Assembly (NCBI GenBank): GCA_963693365.1
Contig: CAVNZM010000002.1
Location: 6,025,443 to 6,089,442, forward strand
Source of the DNA: Amoebidium appalachense
Lineage: Eukaryota; Protista; Ichthyosporea
Direction of reading: 5' to 3'
Length of the DNA stretch: 64,000 nucleotides
In this document: positions 1-14,730 of the stretch, in pieces
Layout: each line of letters begins with the position of its first letter
How positions within the stretch are numbered: the stretch's first letter is position 1
Notes under the pieces: model-generated
Database searches by the model: none
What the model was told of the DNA's origin: nothing
The model's input: the letters and a program-made list of their open reading frames with translations, nothing else
Program-made: the position numbers and the translations under genes

Positions 1-1065
1 AGGCCCCCCTCCCCCGTGCAGCCACCCCAGCAAGCTCCCCGGCCACCAGACCCCCCTGCCACCGTGGGGGTGTTTAGCGAGTGGCATGCGGCGGTAATTT
101 CGTCACTGCCTGTCAACCTGCGCCCCACTGGCCAGCAGCTGGTGGAGCAGCTCTTCAGTGCAAACACGTGGCGCGCATAGCAAGCCGACGTGACCCAGTA
201 CCTCACCTTTTGCGCCACCCACGAGTTTGCAGCCTGGCCCCTTACCGAACACGTAGCTTTGGCTTATGCGGCTCTCCTGCTAGCGCGCCCGTACCACCCC
301 AGCACGTTAGACTGCAAGTTTGCCGCCCTGCGCCAGGTACACCTGCTGTGGCACATTCCCTATTTGGACCCGGCCATCATTGCAACCCTCAAGAAGTCCT
401 ACGGCAGGGCCCACCAGACCACCACCGCCACCCCGCCCGACCCAAAACGGTTTGACGCACCCTGGGTCACCGGCCTGCTCATCGCACAGCTGCTGGGCCG
501 GCAGGACCCCGACGGTGACCGCTGGCTAGCGGGGGTGCTGTTGAGATACCTGTTTGGCCTTCGGTGGAGCACCGCTGCTGCAGTACAGGTGGGGGACCTG
601 ACCTGGGGGGACCCCACCCCCACTGGAGCCCGACGCCTCCACCTGACCTTTCGAACCATCAAGCAGGCAGCTGGCAAGCAGATTCGGCCCATTGTGCACC
701 ACCGCATGGTTCCCCCCATGTGCGCACAGCTGTTACTGCGCGCCTGCTCGCACGTCCGGCAGCCCACCAGCCCCCTCCTGCAGTGCCCCAACGCTACCAA
801 GGCCGTCAGCTGGCTGCGCAGCGCGGTGCAGGCCCTCGGCGTGCTCCCCGCCCTGGCTACCGTCATCACCTGGCACTGCCTCCGTCACGGCATGGTCGGC
901 GCTTCTTGTGCAATCGGCATCCCCTTTGCAGTCATCAAGCACCTGGGGGTGTGGGACCTCACCGGCCAATTTGAGGACAACTACGGGTTGGGCCACTGCC
1001 CTACCCCCGATGACCACGAGTACTTCATCGACCTGCGCGAGTTGGACCCTGTGCGACTGTCGTAA
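1..1065 (+). pseudogene. Tyrosine recombinase of a DIRS/Ngaro-type (YR) retrotransposon, 5'-truncated by the window edge, with an in-frame TAG at 178-180
   Basis: Frame +1 is open from base 1 and reads ...LFSANTWRA*QADVTQYLTFC..., where the stop replaces the Tyr of the usual S-x-x-T-x-x-x-Y N-terminal core-binding motif. Catalytic-type residues follow in order: R (FGLRWST), K (TIKQ), HxxR (WHCLRHG), W (LGVW), Y (DNYG). The ORF is intronless and GC-rich, unlike host genes. Confidence 0.8.
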
Positions 1066-1436
1066 ACTGTGCTCGAAAATGTACTGTATATTATATAAAG
1101 TGTGGTGAATTTTGATCGACACTAATCTAGTGGGTTTTAGTTGTCGTTGCAGAGCAAAAAATTCGTATACGTATATAGTGGACGTAGGTAGCAAGTATAA
1201 GTTATAAATGTCTGAATTGATTGGACAATTTCATTTATTAACTTATTCTTCGGCCGTCTGATTGGGCCACAGTGGTTATGTGGCCAATCAGCGGCCTGGT
1301 AGAGGAGGCTTATGGGTATCTAAGCCGACCTTAGATCGGTCGTCTATTAGCATATTCCCCGTCGCCTCCTCCCTCATCGCCCACCCTCCCGCCCGCACAT
1401 ATTTTCTTTCCCCGTCGCAGCTTTCGACCTCATTTC

Positions 1437-1668
<232 letters not shown>

Positions 1669-1670
<2 letters not shown>

Positions 1671-1776
1671 CGCACACATCAATTCAGTCGCACACATCGA
1701 TTCAGTCGCACACATCGATTCTGTCGCACACATCGATTCAGTCGCACACATCAATTCAGTCGCACACATCGATTCA
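1669..1776. repeat. 18-bp minisatellite (GTCGCACACATCRATTCW) x6
   Basis: Six head-to-tail units are readable; the ORF track shows SHTSIQ repeats. Confidence 0.9.
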
Positions 1777-1881
1777 AATGTCGCTTTTTATTATCTGCGA
1801 ATAAATAGTATCCTTCGCGCATCCACCCCTAAACCAGGCCATCCGTGGCCCTAAGGGCCGGGGAACACCCCTATCCATGTC

Positions 1882-3536
<1,655 letters not shown>

Positions 3537-3810
3537 CCAGCTGATACCGAGTGTCCCAGGGGAGCCCCTAAAAAAAAAAAAAACAAAAAAAAAAACCAAA
3601 AAACAAAAAAAAACCAAAAAAACGGAGAACCCCAACTAATTGATTTCTCTTAGACCTTATGGTGTCTCGTAGAAAAAGTAAACCCTGATATATAGTCATC
3701 ACCCGACATCTATGTACGTGATCATGATATACCGCTGAGGGGATATTCCGAGCAAAACCCCCCCCATACCTGAGACTGGTTTCTCTTTGCCTCGAGTAAA
3801 CAGCGTAAAT

Positions 3811-3892
3811 TTTTTATTGTCTTCTCAGTATGCCGTGCATACTTGCATATCTTTCCGTCGAATAAATCCAGTCAAAAGAAAGAAAAAAAAAA
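3811..3892 (+). mobile_element. Extreme 3' end (AATAAA plus A-tail) of the same LINE family as the 51 kb and 61 kb copies
   Basis: TTTTTATTGTCTTCTCAGTATGCCGTGCATACTTGCATATCTTTCCGTCGAATAAATCCAGTCAAAAG... is the near-exact reverse complement of ~61370-61436 and ~51215-51278. Confidence 0.85.
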
Positions 3893-4473
3893 CCCCCCGG
3901 GGCCCGGGGGTTATGTGTGTGTGTGTCTGGGGGTGTGTGCTCCCTCGGTAGCAGTAGCTTCTAGTGGATGCGATCCAGTGGGCCCAGTCGGATTTGTGTA
4001 TTTTGGGACAAATGAATAGATTAGGACGGTGCAACTACAAGTTTCCTATTGGCCCAGCTTGCTCTAGAATTTCGTAAGGTAATAAAACAATAAAACCCTT
4101 GGCATCGTCCTTTGAATACATTTTTGACCACCAGCCCGGCCACAGGCAGACAGGGCACTAACTTTGGCATTGTAAGTAGGCAGAATAACTCTGGTGTCAA
4201 ACTCCAACCAAGAACCCTAGTAAGGCTACCCTTCTGCAGGTGTAAATCTTCTTTCTTGCACACAATCACTCGAGCGTGGCCACTAATGTTAATACGCCTC
4301 GTAACGGTAACCAACTATAGGTGTTTTCCAGTTCGAACACAACAGGCTACCCTCAGGATAATATTCTTACATGAAACATACTGTAAGACGTAAGCTATTT
4401 GACAGACACGTATAGCAGCGATCTGGTAGCTAGATGCGATTCTTTTAAATCCATCACGTTTGCGGCCCGAAGC

Positions 4474-4802
4474 CCTCCCTTCTACTCAAACATTTCTAAT
4501 TCCGTGTTTCCTCCCTTACCGTGTATGCAGTACTTCCTGCCCCGCCCGTACGTAGCCTCAGGTTTCTGCTGCACGGGGCCATCCCATACCTCTACGTCTC
4601 CGCACCGCACCTTTTAGTGTCGTAAAGGCTAGGGATTAGCATATATCTGCGAGGGTGACCGTGGGGTAGCGCACCAGCCATGCGACCGTCAGCGAGCACA
4701 CAGCAATGATGAGACGATGCGCCCGTGGTCGCTTCTGCTCGGGCTGCTAGCCCTGTGTTGCATACACGGTAAGGGTGGAAACATGTGTGAGTAGAAGGGA
4801 GG
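4474..4802. mobile_element. MITE-like element with ~45-55-bp imperfect terminal inverted repeats
   Basis: CCTCCCTTCTACTCA...TGTTTCCTCCCTTACCGTGTATGCA (4474-4529) matches the reverse complement of 4759-4802. No clear TSD. Confidence 0.55.
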
Positions 4803-4873
4803 CACAATCACTTTACCCTTTCTTCTAACAGCCGTGAAAAAAACAGAGCATGTTCTGCTCGTGCTTTCAAAAG

Positions 4874-5434
4874 TCACTTGCCCAAACACATGCAGTGTAA
4901 ATACAACATACACCACTCACCCATTCTTCGCTTTGAAGGTCTGTAGGCCTGGCCGAGGGTGATTTCATACAAACTAGCACACACGCACGTGTGTGCGTAT
5001 GCAGGGTAGGGTAGCGCAGGGTTGCTCATGCATGCATGGCATAGTTGTGTAAACGCAGAATTGACTTGCACTTGCTCGCGCTATACACACTGGGAATGTG
5101 AGGCACAACACATGGTGCATATGCACACGTGCACATGTACGTAGATGCGACCTCCACACACAGCGCCACTTGCAGACGGGCACCCATAGGACAGTTCCCA
5201 CAAATATCTCCCCATTCGTTCTGTTAACGTATGCAAAAGGCACACTGTCGACAAGGTTCTATGGCATTGCACGTGCGAGCACATGACATTATGCCCACCT
5301 CCCTCCCCCTGAAAAGCCATTAAAAACTAATTTATCATCAGCCTCGATGTGCACCGGGCTCTCTTTGATGCCCCAGCGATTAGCATCGGCAGTCTTGGTG
5401 ATGAGCACTCGTTCAGAAACTAAATGGTCCCAGT
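4874..5434 (-). CDS. Possible exons of an unidentified gene (hypothetical)
   Basis: AG/GT-bounded, non-repetitive segments such as 5434-5299 (DWDHLVSERVLITKTADANRWGIKESPVHIEADDKLVFNGF). No recognisable motif. Confidence 0.25.
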
Positions 5435-5907
5435 CTATAGAGACACAGGCACACAAGAATGTCATTGCACACAAGTCAATTTGCATGCACACCTGCCAGT
5501 TTCACATGCACAGGTGCACGCGGGCTCATGCCACACATACACTCATACACGCACACACACACCACACACACACACACACACCACACACACACATACAATG
5601 TGCCATACACACATACACCATATACACGCGACCATAACACACGTACACGGCACACCCGCCCACACACAATCACCACCGTTCCCTTCACTTTTTTTGACAA
5701 CGCACACGTGCAAGCACACACAACCACACCGTAAAACGCACACAAACACACACACACAAACACACACACACACACACACAGGCACGCATATATAGGCCAT
5801 GCTGGCACGCATAAATTTTCAGCCAGACCATTCACATTAGTAGTAAGAGAGCAAATATAGACCGGAAAGGCACTGCACTGCCTGCAGTCGTTTCCCACCT
5901 GTGTGTG

Positions 5908-6010
<103 letters not shown>

Positions 6011-6367
6011 ATACTCATACACAGGCACTGCACACGCACACACGTATGCACGCACACACTCGCGCGCACACAGACGAAGTTAATTAAAAAGATGGCTGTG
6101 TGCTGTGGCTGAAATTGTCAACGGCCATATTGCCCTTCTTCATTCTCCCCTTCTGATGAAATAAATCCCCCTGTTATTGCTCTCAACCGCCCGCCATTGC
6201 TCTCTTATACCGGCTCTTCGTTTGGTACACGCTAACCGTGTTTTGATCCACCAAGCGCTCTGAATTCGGCAGTATCTTCGTGTTTACCAACCCCTCTCCC
6301 TTTTCACCAACAAATTAACATGGCCTCCGCCTCCCTCCCCCCCCCCCCCCCCCCTCTCCCTCTCCAG

Positions 6368-7643
6368 GCCCCCTTGTTTCGGGCATAGCAGTAGCCCGTC
6401 CAGGTCGGCAGGCCACCTCCCCCTCCCCATTCCTTCTCTCGTGCCTGTCATCCCCCACCGGGCTCACAGCGCACGTACGCAACGCCCAGCAGACACCCAC
6501 GCAACACCACGGCACAGAGGCACAAAGACTCTTCAACAGCACTGGCATGGGCCATGCGGGCTACTGCCTGACTAACACCTGGCCCGGTGTGGGCCGATAT
6601 TACTTCGACTGCAACCACGAAATGTCCCATCTCACAGCAACAATAGACTATGCCGCCCTGACGGTAAGGCTGATTGGGCGCGTGGCCGGTTGCCTAGCAA
6701 CGCACAGCGCACAGGAATGCAGAGACCACGTGGCACGTGCAGGGCCATGTGAGGTCAGCATGGAGTACACACTCAGCGCACCTGGCCCGCACATAACGAG
6801 TGCACACAGGGGAGAGCTGCCAGTGGCTAGAAATCACACCACGAATGTTATCCGCTGTAGAGATGGCACGTTGAGATATGTAAGGCCGGGGGTCAGCAGT
6901 CACAACCACCACCTACAGGTAGGCACACACAATATGGCACACACACGTGCGCACAAACACATGTACACCCACGTACACATGCAAGCACACACGCGCGGGC
7001 GTGCACACACACACACACACACACAAACACACATTTACACACACGCACACACATATTACACACGTACACCAAGCCACACATTTACACACGCACACGCGCA
7101 CACACACACGCATCTACACACACGTTCACACACCCATTTACACACACGCACACACACACACACACGTGCGGCGCATGAGGCCATCTAGACATCATAGATA
7201 ATCCGGGTCTGACATCTTTGCTACCATAAATGGTGGTTATTCTTATTAATAGTTGCCCTTAGGCGATAAGGAGCAAGGGAGGGAGGGACCAGATCTCCTT
7301 ACAAATGCATGCTGCAGCTAAATTCTTAACCCTCAACCCCCCCCCACCACAACCACCACCCTTCCCCCCTTCCCAGTGGAACTGGGCACCTGGTGAGCAC
7401 GGAGAGCACGGCCGGGGCTGGTTTGGGCAGCCGCAGGAGGAGGGCCAGCACGAACTACTGTTTGCACTCTACTGCCCAAACGACCCGGCAACAGGTACGC
7501 ATGACACATGTATATGTTAAGGAGGTAGAAATGCACACTGGGTATGTAAGCAGCACCTGTATATTATCGAACAATGGGTCATATTTGGGCTGGATGAAGA
7601 CGAGGTAGACACTGAGGAGGTGGCCATGGTCTGTTGCGGATAG
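6368..7643 (+). CDS. Hypothetical spliced protein-coding gene (orphan); 5' and 3' limits uncertain
   Basis: A 551-nt open segment, 6368-6918, lies between a C-tract CAG acceptor and a CAG|GTAGGC donor. It joins in phase 0 to 7377-7494 ([39 protein letters not shown]). No family recognised. Confidence 0.45.
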
Positions 7644-7823
7644 GTGATGCATGGTGAAGGACATATAGGCAAGCACGTGAGCTTTGAGGGAGAGAGAGGG
7701 CTGAGGGTGCAAAAGGTGGTGTGTGGGGGCCCAAAACTGAACGTGTCATTCCACCAACACATGCATACAAATACACACACACCCAGGGCACACATGTACG
7801 CACTTGTACACACGGACACACAT

Positions 7824-7897
<74 letters not shown>

Positions 7898-8000
7898 ACA
7901 CACACAAGCAAACACAGCGATATCATCATCACAGTGTTCAAAACCATTAGCGGTAAGCCGTTCCCTTCGTGATCTCCCCCCCTCCCCCCCCCCCCCCCCC

Positions 8001-8032
<32 letters not shown>

Positions 8033-9479
8033 CTCCCCCCAGCCCCCCCCCTCCCCCTCCTAAGAAAAAAAAAAAGAAGAAGAAAAAAGAACAAAAGAAA
8101 CTGCTGCCTTATACAGTAAATGTCAGTTAGGCTTAACCCTAGGGCCTGTATGCATTTTCTGCCTAAGTAGCAAGTGTGTTTGTAGATCAATGCGGATCCG
8201 TCTGTTTTGTTAAGTACGTGTCCCTTTGGGTTCTCCCCTGTGGATCTCTCTGTTTTCATTAAAGTCTTCTCCCCTGAAATATGAGCCCGTTTTAACCTCT
8301 TTATTGTGGAGGCAACTCTCTGTCTTCTTTAATGTGGGCCATACTGTGTTCTTTCATGTTGGTTCATCCGTCTTCTTTCGCTTGTGTTTTTTCTGTTTTT
8401 TTGAATGTGTCCCTTTTTGTCCAGCCCTCTCTCTGCGTCCCTCTGTGATTTCTGGTATGTGCTTCGTTGTTTCTTTTGAATTCATGAACAAGTCCCTTAA
8501 TGGTTTGTAGGACGGGTTCCTAAATTGCTGTGTGGCTGAGTGATATATCCTAATGAGCAAATATGATTGCCGAGTTGAGAGTGACGTCGAGCACATGTTG
8601 TGCAATATCAATATGTTGTCATTGTTAGTACGTGTGCCTATGTGTGTGTGTGTGTGTGTTTTCGTTGTTTGTGTGTTGCTTGCATATAGGTTTGGCGGGG
8701 ACAAGATATCTGACATAGACCGATGTGACCGCAGGAGCCACCAGTACGATGAGTCAGCCAGGCCAGAAGACATACAGTAGATGAATTTAATCCATCAATA
8801 GCGTTACATTTTTGAATATGGGTGGTAACGGGTGTGTATGGTAAACACGCCCGATTTGTTTTTTAGCAAACAGCAAATGTAGGCTGAGGTAGACGATGAA
8901 GGGGTGAGAAGATAATGGTTGCATGGGCACACGTGATGAATGTTAGAAGTATAACTGAAGTAAAGGTAGCTGGACGTAGGGATACCCATGCATTCATGTA
9001 CATATGCACAAGAACAGACATGCGCGCGTGCGCATGGACACACACAGTCGCGTGTGCACACACACACACACACACAGACGCACACACATACACACACTCT
9101 TACATGAGCGTATAGACACAAACAGGCAAACACCAAAATCATGAACCACAGCGTCATATAGCATGATTTCTACCCAATCCGGAACCGGCATGCATGGCAG
9201 CTCATCTGTCCCAGGTTCCCATTTTGCCTTTTATTCTTAACTTTAGTACTAGTCATACCTGTTTGTTAACGAAGTAGGGAAATCTGATTCTGTGTACTTT
9301 AGACCTTGGACTGCACTGCTCGTTATGGGTGCAAGTGTTGACACACATCTTGTTTTGGTCCGACAAATAAATAGCAGAAATGTCAACCGTCTGGCCCCAA
9401 CAAACACACCCTGGCACGCGCACACAAATATATATACACTTAGTACCTGTGCAGGTGGGCACACACACACACACAAACA

Positions 9480-9526
<47 letters not shown>

Positions 9527-9629
9527 ACACCCACACACACACACACACACACACGACCACACAACGCACACAACACACGTTGCGTGACAAATGGGTATTG
9601 GCAATCATGCACACGTCCGATGCTCAGTA

Positions 9630-9860
9630 GGGGCAACCCTCCAAATCTAGACGCCACCTCCAATTCGTGAAGCCACTGTACTTTAATGAGACTATTTATT
9701 ATTAGTTCTACTATTTTTTTTGCGTGCCGGTTATAAATTTTATTTTTTTTTAATTGCACGCAAAAAAATTATATAGAACTATAGCTAATAAAAATTAGTC
9801 TTAATACAATACACCGGCTTCACGAATTGGAGGTGGCGTGTAGATTTGGAGGGTTTCCCC
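9630..9860. mobile_element. Foldback MITE (~231 bp) flanked by TA dinucleotides
   Basis: GGGGCAACCCTCCAAATCTAGACGCCACCTCCAATTCGTGAAGCC vs the reverse complement of the right end GGGGAAACCCTCCAAATCTACACGCCACCTCCAATTCGTGAAGCC (2 mismatches). The inner AT-rich halves are also complementary. TA occurs at 9628-9629 and 9861-9862. Confidence 0.85.
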
Positions 9861-9989
9861 TACAGAAAGTAATCATGGTAGGTACGCAAACACGTGTACT
9901 TGCTCAGTTCACTCACATGTTGTCCTGTTCTCCTGTTTTCTTAGAGAGAGTGTGTGTGTGCACGTAACAGGCTTCATCGCACGCGCCAC

Positions 9990-10560
9990 ACTTATATCAT
10001 GTCTTTTATGGAAGTAGACCACCATTTGAATGCTTTCAGCCCACGCACCATACTTAGTGCTGTGAATCCTACCACTTTCCTCACGCCATATTTAGGTACA
10101 TGTTTCGTGCTTTTGTTCGTAATCGACCACTTGCACATCACATACATATCAACCCACACACCATACTTCGTGCTGTGCAAAGTATATACCACTTCACTAG
10201 ATTTCATGCCACACTAACATACTCGCGCTGTGAAACTTTGACTACGGTGTGCATTCTGCCAAGCCTTGCTCTGTGCGCTCACTAATAATAGCAACCCACG
10301 CTATCCACACCTCCACATAGCCAACGTCATTTTCTACAGACCTTCACGAACTTTAAGTGTGAAAACAAGATATATAAAGTATAGAACAGGTTTTCTGAGA
10401 AAAATACACATATTCATAGATGCAGGACTACTCTCAGTAAGGGCTGTTTCTATACTAGGTTATTTGCATCGTAGCTATAGACATTCAGATATTATCACTT
10501 CCGCACTTAGACCAGCCACGCCCATTCCAAACAAACTTAAATCAAGCTTTCACCTTAGTT
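9990..10560 (+). mobile_element. Possible highly decayed RT fragment of a non-LTR element
   Basis: Intronless, AT-richer segment with a weak resemblance to RT subdomains (TILRAVQSIYHFTRF). No intact catalytic motif. Confidence 0.2.
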
Positions 10561-10576
10561 TGTTAAAGCATTCATT

Positions 10577-10728
10577 CTATTGGGCGATTGTGTCCTGGCC
10601 CAGGATGACTATGCGCCCCTCCACCCTTGGGTTTACCACCAGGGCAGCAGCATCGCTCTTCGACATGGTGCCTCTTAGGGTCTTGACTGCCGCACGAACA
10701 TTGAACTGCTTGCGTGCCCACGTGTTGA

Positions 10729-10765
<37 letters not shown>

Positions 10766-11009
10766 GGAGGGGGGGGGAGGGGGGGGGAGGGAGGGAAGGG
10801 GAGGGAGGGGGCCCGGGATGGGGGGAAGGGAAACGAAAGGGGGAGAGGGGGGCGCAGGAGGGGGAGTGATGTGTGTGAGACGCCCATGTGTGCCAGTTGC
10901 CGAGGTGGTCAATTAGTCGATGAAAAAGGGGGAATAGGGCCCCCGGGGTCTTTCATACAACAGCATACTCCCCCCCCCCCCCCCCCCCTCTTCCCCCCCT
11001 GCTCCTCCC

Positions 11010-11051
<42 letters not shown>

Positions 11052-12457
11052 TTTTTTTCTTTTCTTTTCTTTATTTTTGTGCTACGGGGCGTCCCACCGG
11101 CCAGCACAATCGGATGTGTGCCTGTACTTCAAAGGCCGCATACGGCCCCGGGTGATTCATAATGTATATGTGCATAACAGTACACGTGGTCATGTGTATT
11201 ATTGATGGCATCATTGTGTTGTTTTTGCGCGTGCGTGTGTCTGTCTGTGTGTGCGCGTATTGCATGTGTTACAAGTGCTCATGCATAAGTCTGCCATAGC
11301 ATACAGATCTGCGTGTGTTCCGCGTGCACATGTACATACGTACGTCTCCACATGCACCATCCCTTCATGTGAGCCGTGTGTGTGTGTGCACCTACCCGCA
11401 TCTCCATGAGCACCCTCCTGACTGCCGTGGACAGCAGCATGCCCTCCTCATCGTCCACAATCATCCGCCCCCGGGTCAGCGCCTCGTAGCCATCCTTGCC
11501 TGCAGGGGGAATATGTGTGTTGGCTTGATACTGCCCCCTGTATATGAGTACTATAAGTGCTACCCAGCTTTTGTCCCTATAAGCAGTATAAGCCCCGCCC
11601 CACTTTGCCCCCTATCAGCAGTATAAGTGCCACCCCGCTTTGGCCCCTATTAGCATATAAATGCCACCCCGCTTTGTACCCTGTCAACAGTATAAATGGC
11701 CCTGCACCATCGGTTCCCTGGTGAAGGTTCTGCATGCTGCATGTACCATATAAACCACCGCAATCGACGTCTTTCTGCTCCCATGCTGATACACACACGT
11801 GCTCATCATGTCCCACATATGCTTTCTCATTTTGCTGTGTGCATATGTGGAGATACCCTCTTTTCTCCCACTCTTAACCTCAAAATATTTGTGGCTGTGC
11901 TGGGTGTATGTGTATCTGCCCCACGTGTCTTGTGCACGTGCACATGCTGCACGCATGTGGGGAAGAATATCCATGGGCACGTGCATGGACCCACCTAGTG
12001 TCAGATAGTGCCGGGTGCACACTTTGTACTTTTTGCTGTCGTCCAGAGGACTATCCCCTACATGCGCCTCGACTATCCGCTCACCGGGCGGCTGTGGGGA
12101 AAGGTGAGTGGAAAGTGAGCAAGGGGTTCAGGATGCAAAGTGAGCAAGGGTTCAAAATCAAGGAGAGCTCATTCGGTATTTCGGAAGCAGGCGCAAGAAG
12201 GAGCAGTGTGAATTTCATTGTAGTGGAAAGCTCATCTTGGGGCACACCTGTCTTGAAGAAAGGGGGGAGGGGGGGGGGGGGGGGGGGGGGTTGAATGCGG
12301 AACATGGTACGACGTACGCATACACGATGAGAAGCATGGTGCAGGGCACATGCAAAGGCAAACATTCAAGTATGCAACATCAGCCATGCGCACAGTATGC
12401 GTCATAAGCAGAGCCCATCCTCAGGGAGGGCCTAAGTCATCAATTGCGTCTGAGTTT

Positions 12458-12510
<53 letters not shown>

Positions 12511-13057
12511 GTGCAGGGTTGGTGTTCGTGGGTGAGGTGGGGGGGAGGGTAGGGGGGAAGGGGTGGGTGGGTGGGTGGGTGGGTGGGTGGGGGAGGTACC
12601 AATGGGGGGAAACGAGGGTGATAAGTGGGGTCGGGGGAGAGGGGGAGGGGGAGGGGAGGATGTGAGCACATGTTCACCTTTGCTGGGTCGACAACCATGC
12701 GCATGCCTGACAGCTGGGGGAATCTGCCCTCCTGCTTGGGCCACTGGCTGACTCCATTCTCAAGCGCGGCACGGAGGTCGGAGCCTGAAAGCTCTATCAC
12801 TACCTGGGGGGGGGGGGGGGGGGGGGGTTAGCATGCATTATAGAGCACAAAGTATACATGAGGGCGGGGGGGAGGGGGGGGGGGGGGGGGATAGTGTTTG
12901 TTGTGCTCAGTGAAAGATGGTGTGTGAGGTTCTGTTTCTATCAGTACTGATATGTGGATTCGAGTTGATTTTGGACCGGCTTGGTATTGAGGAAGGCAAT
13001 GAATGTTGGATGAGGGGTAAAGGGTGTGTGTCTCACAGGCTGTGTGTGTGTGTATTC

Positions 13058-13118
<61 letters not shown>

Positions 13119-14131
13119 CGTGTGCGCGCGCACAACACGTTTGTGTATGTGTGTGTGTGCGTGTGCTTGTGTGTAATTACACGTGTGTGCGCGTGTGCGT
13201 ATGTGCATGTGTGCTTACGTGAATTGTCCGTGTGTGGGACTGTGTGTTAGTTGGTGGTGATGGTGATGGTGATGGTGGAATGGGGGGAGGGGGAAGAGAG
13301 GGAGTGACGGATTTGTTGATGGGGTAACCTGTGCCAATAGTCGACAGAACTAAACTGCAATGCACGTCAAGCGTCGAGAAACCGTCGGCAAAAACTTGGG
13401 TGCCCGAGAGAGAGGGGGGGGGGGGGGGGGGGGGGGGGAGGGGCTCACCAAGGGATCTTCGAAGGGAAACAGGTTCATGATGTCTCTAACCTGAAAAGGG
13501 GCGAAGGGGTTAATCGTGTCATTAAGTGTATGTGATGTGATATTAGGCCTGAATGGATGTGTTGTTAGGGTTATGGTGGGTATGTGTTATCAGGTTATGG
13601 TGGGCATGAATGCATGGCTTGTGTTCAATACATCAGGCTGAAAATGAGAGTTGTTGGGATCGAAAAAGGAGGGTTTAGGGGATGGGCAGCAGTTGTGTGA
13701 TAGTGATTGAGCGAGAGGTGAGATGGGTGAACGGGTAGATGTTTTTTTTTTTTGGGGGGGGGGAGGGCGGAGGGAGGGAGGTTAAAAAGGGGGGGGGGGG
13801 GGCGAGGGTATGTCCCAAAGAAGCACCGGAAGATGCAAATTGAGATATAAGACTCCGTCGTATGGTCCCTTCCAAAGCTTCTTTGGCAAGTGCACTCAGG
13901 CGGACAAGGAGGGGGAGGGGGGGGGGGGGGGGGGGGGAGGAGGGGAGGTGGGAGGGAAGGGGGGTGGGGGGGGTGGAGTACTTTGAATGGGCCGGGCCCG
14001 ATCTTTTCGTCGGCACGGATGGTTCCTAAGTGGGGAGAGTTGGTGTGAATGGATGTGTGCATGTGTGGGTGTGCGCATGTGTATGTGCGCATGTGTGTGT
14101 GTGTGTGTGTGTGCGCGTGCGCGCGTGTGTT

Positions 14132-14227
<96 letters not shown>

Positions 14228-14695
14228 AGTATGTCCGTGCACGCATGCATGTGTGTGCACATGCACTAACACATCAATGCACACACACACCAACTACACA
14301 CACACATGCAAGCACACAGGCACAGGCGCACACACATATACAACCACACACGGATGCATGGCGCAGCCGCAATCACCCAGACCTGCCCGCCCAACCGAGG
14401 TCTGCCCACACGCACGCCCACACCGCCACCTGCCCGCCCGCATGCACACCCACATACACGTACGCGCACACATACACATCTAACGACACACACACACACA
14501 CACCCGGTCCATCACCTACCTCCGACAACAAAGCCCACGTCTGCATTGTAAGTCAGACGCATGATATCTGCCGTCCAGTTGCCCACATTGGCCTCTCCGG
14601 TGCGCACATCTGCATGCAGCCATACAGGTGAGTGGGTGGTGGGTATGGGGAATATGGCCATTGGGTACATGCTTTGGCATGTATTATTCGTGATG

Positions 14696-14730
<35 letters not shown>

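Noticed and set aside
178-180. Alternative genetic code (TAG reassigned)
   Set aside because: Host genes here terminate at TAG (5'-nucleotidase, SDR, RNMT, RTK) and show no internal TAGs in the reconstructed exons.
190-1065. Prophage or integron integrase, or bacterial contamination
   Set aside because: It is contiguous with eukaryotic microsatellite DNA and no phage genes are present. The motif pattern fits eukaryotic YR transposons.
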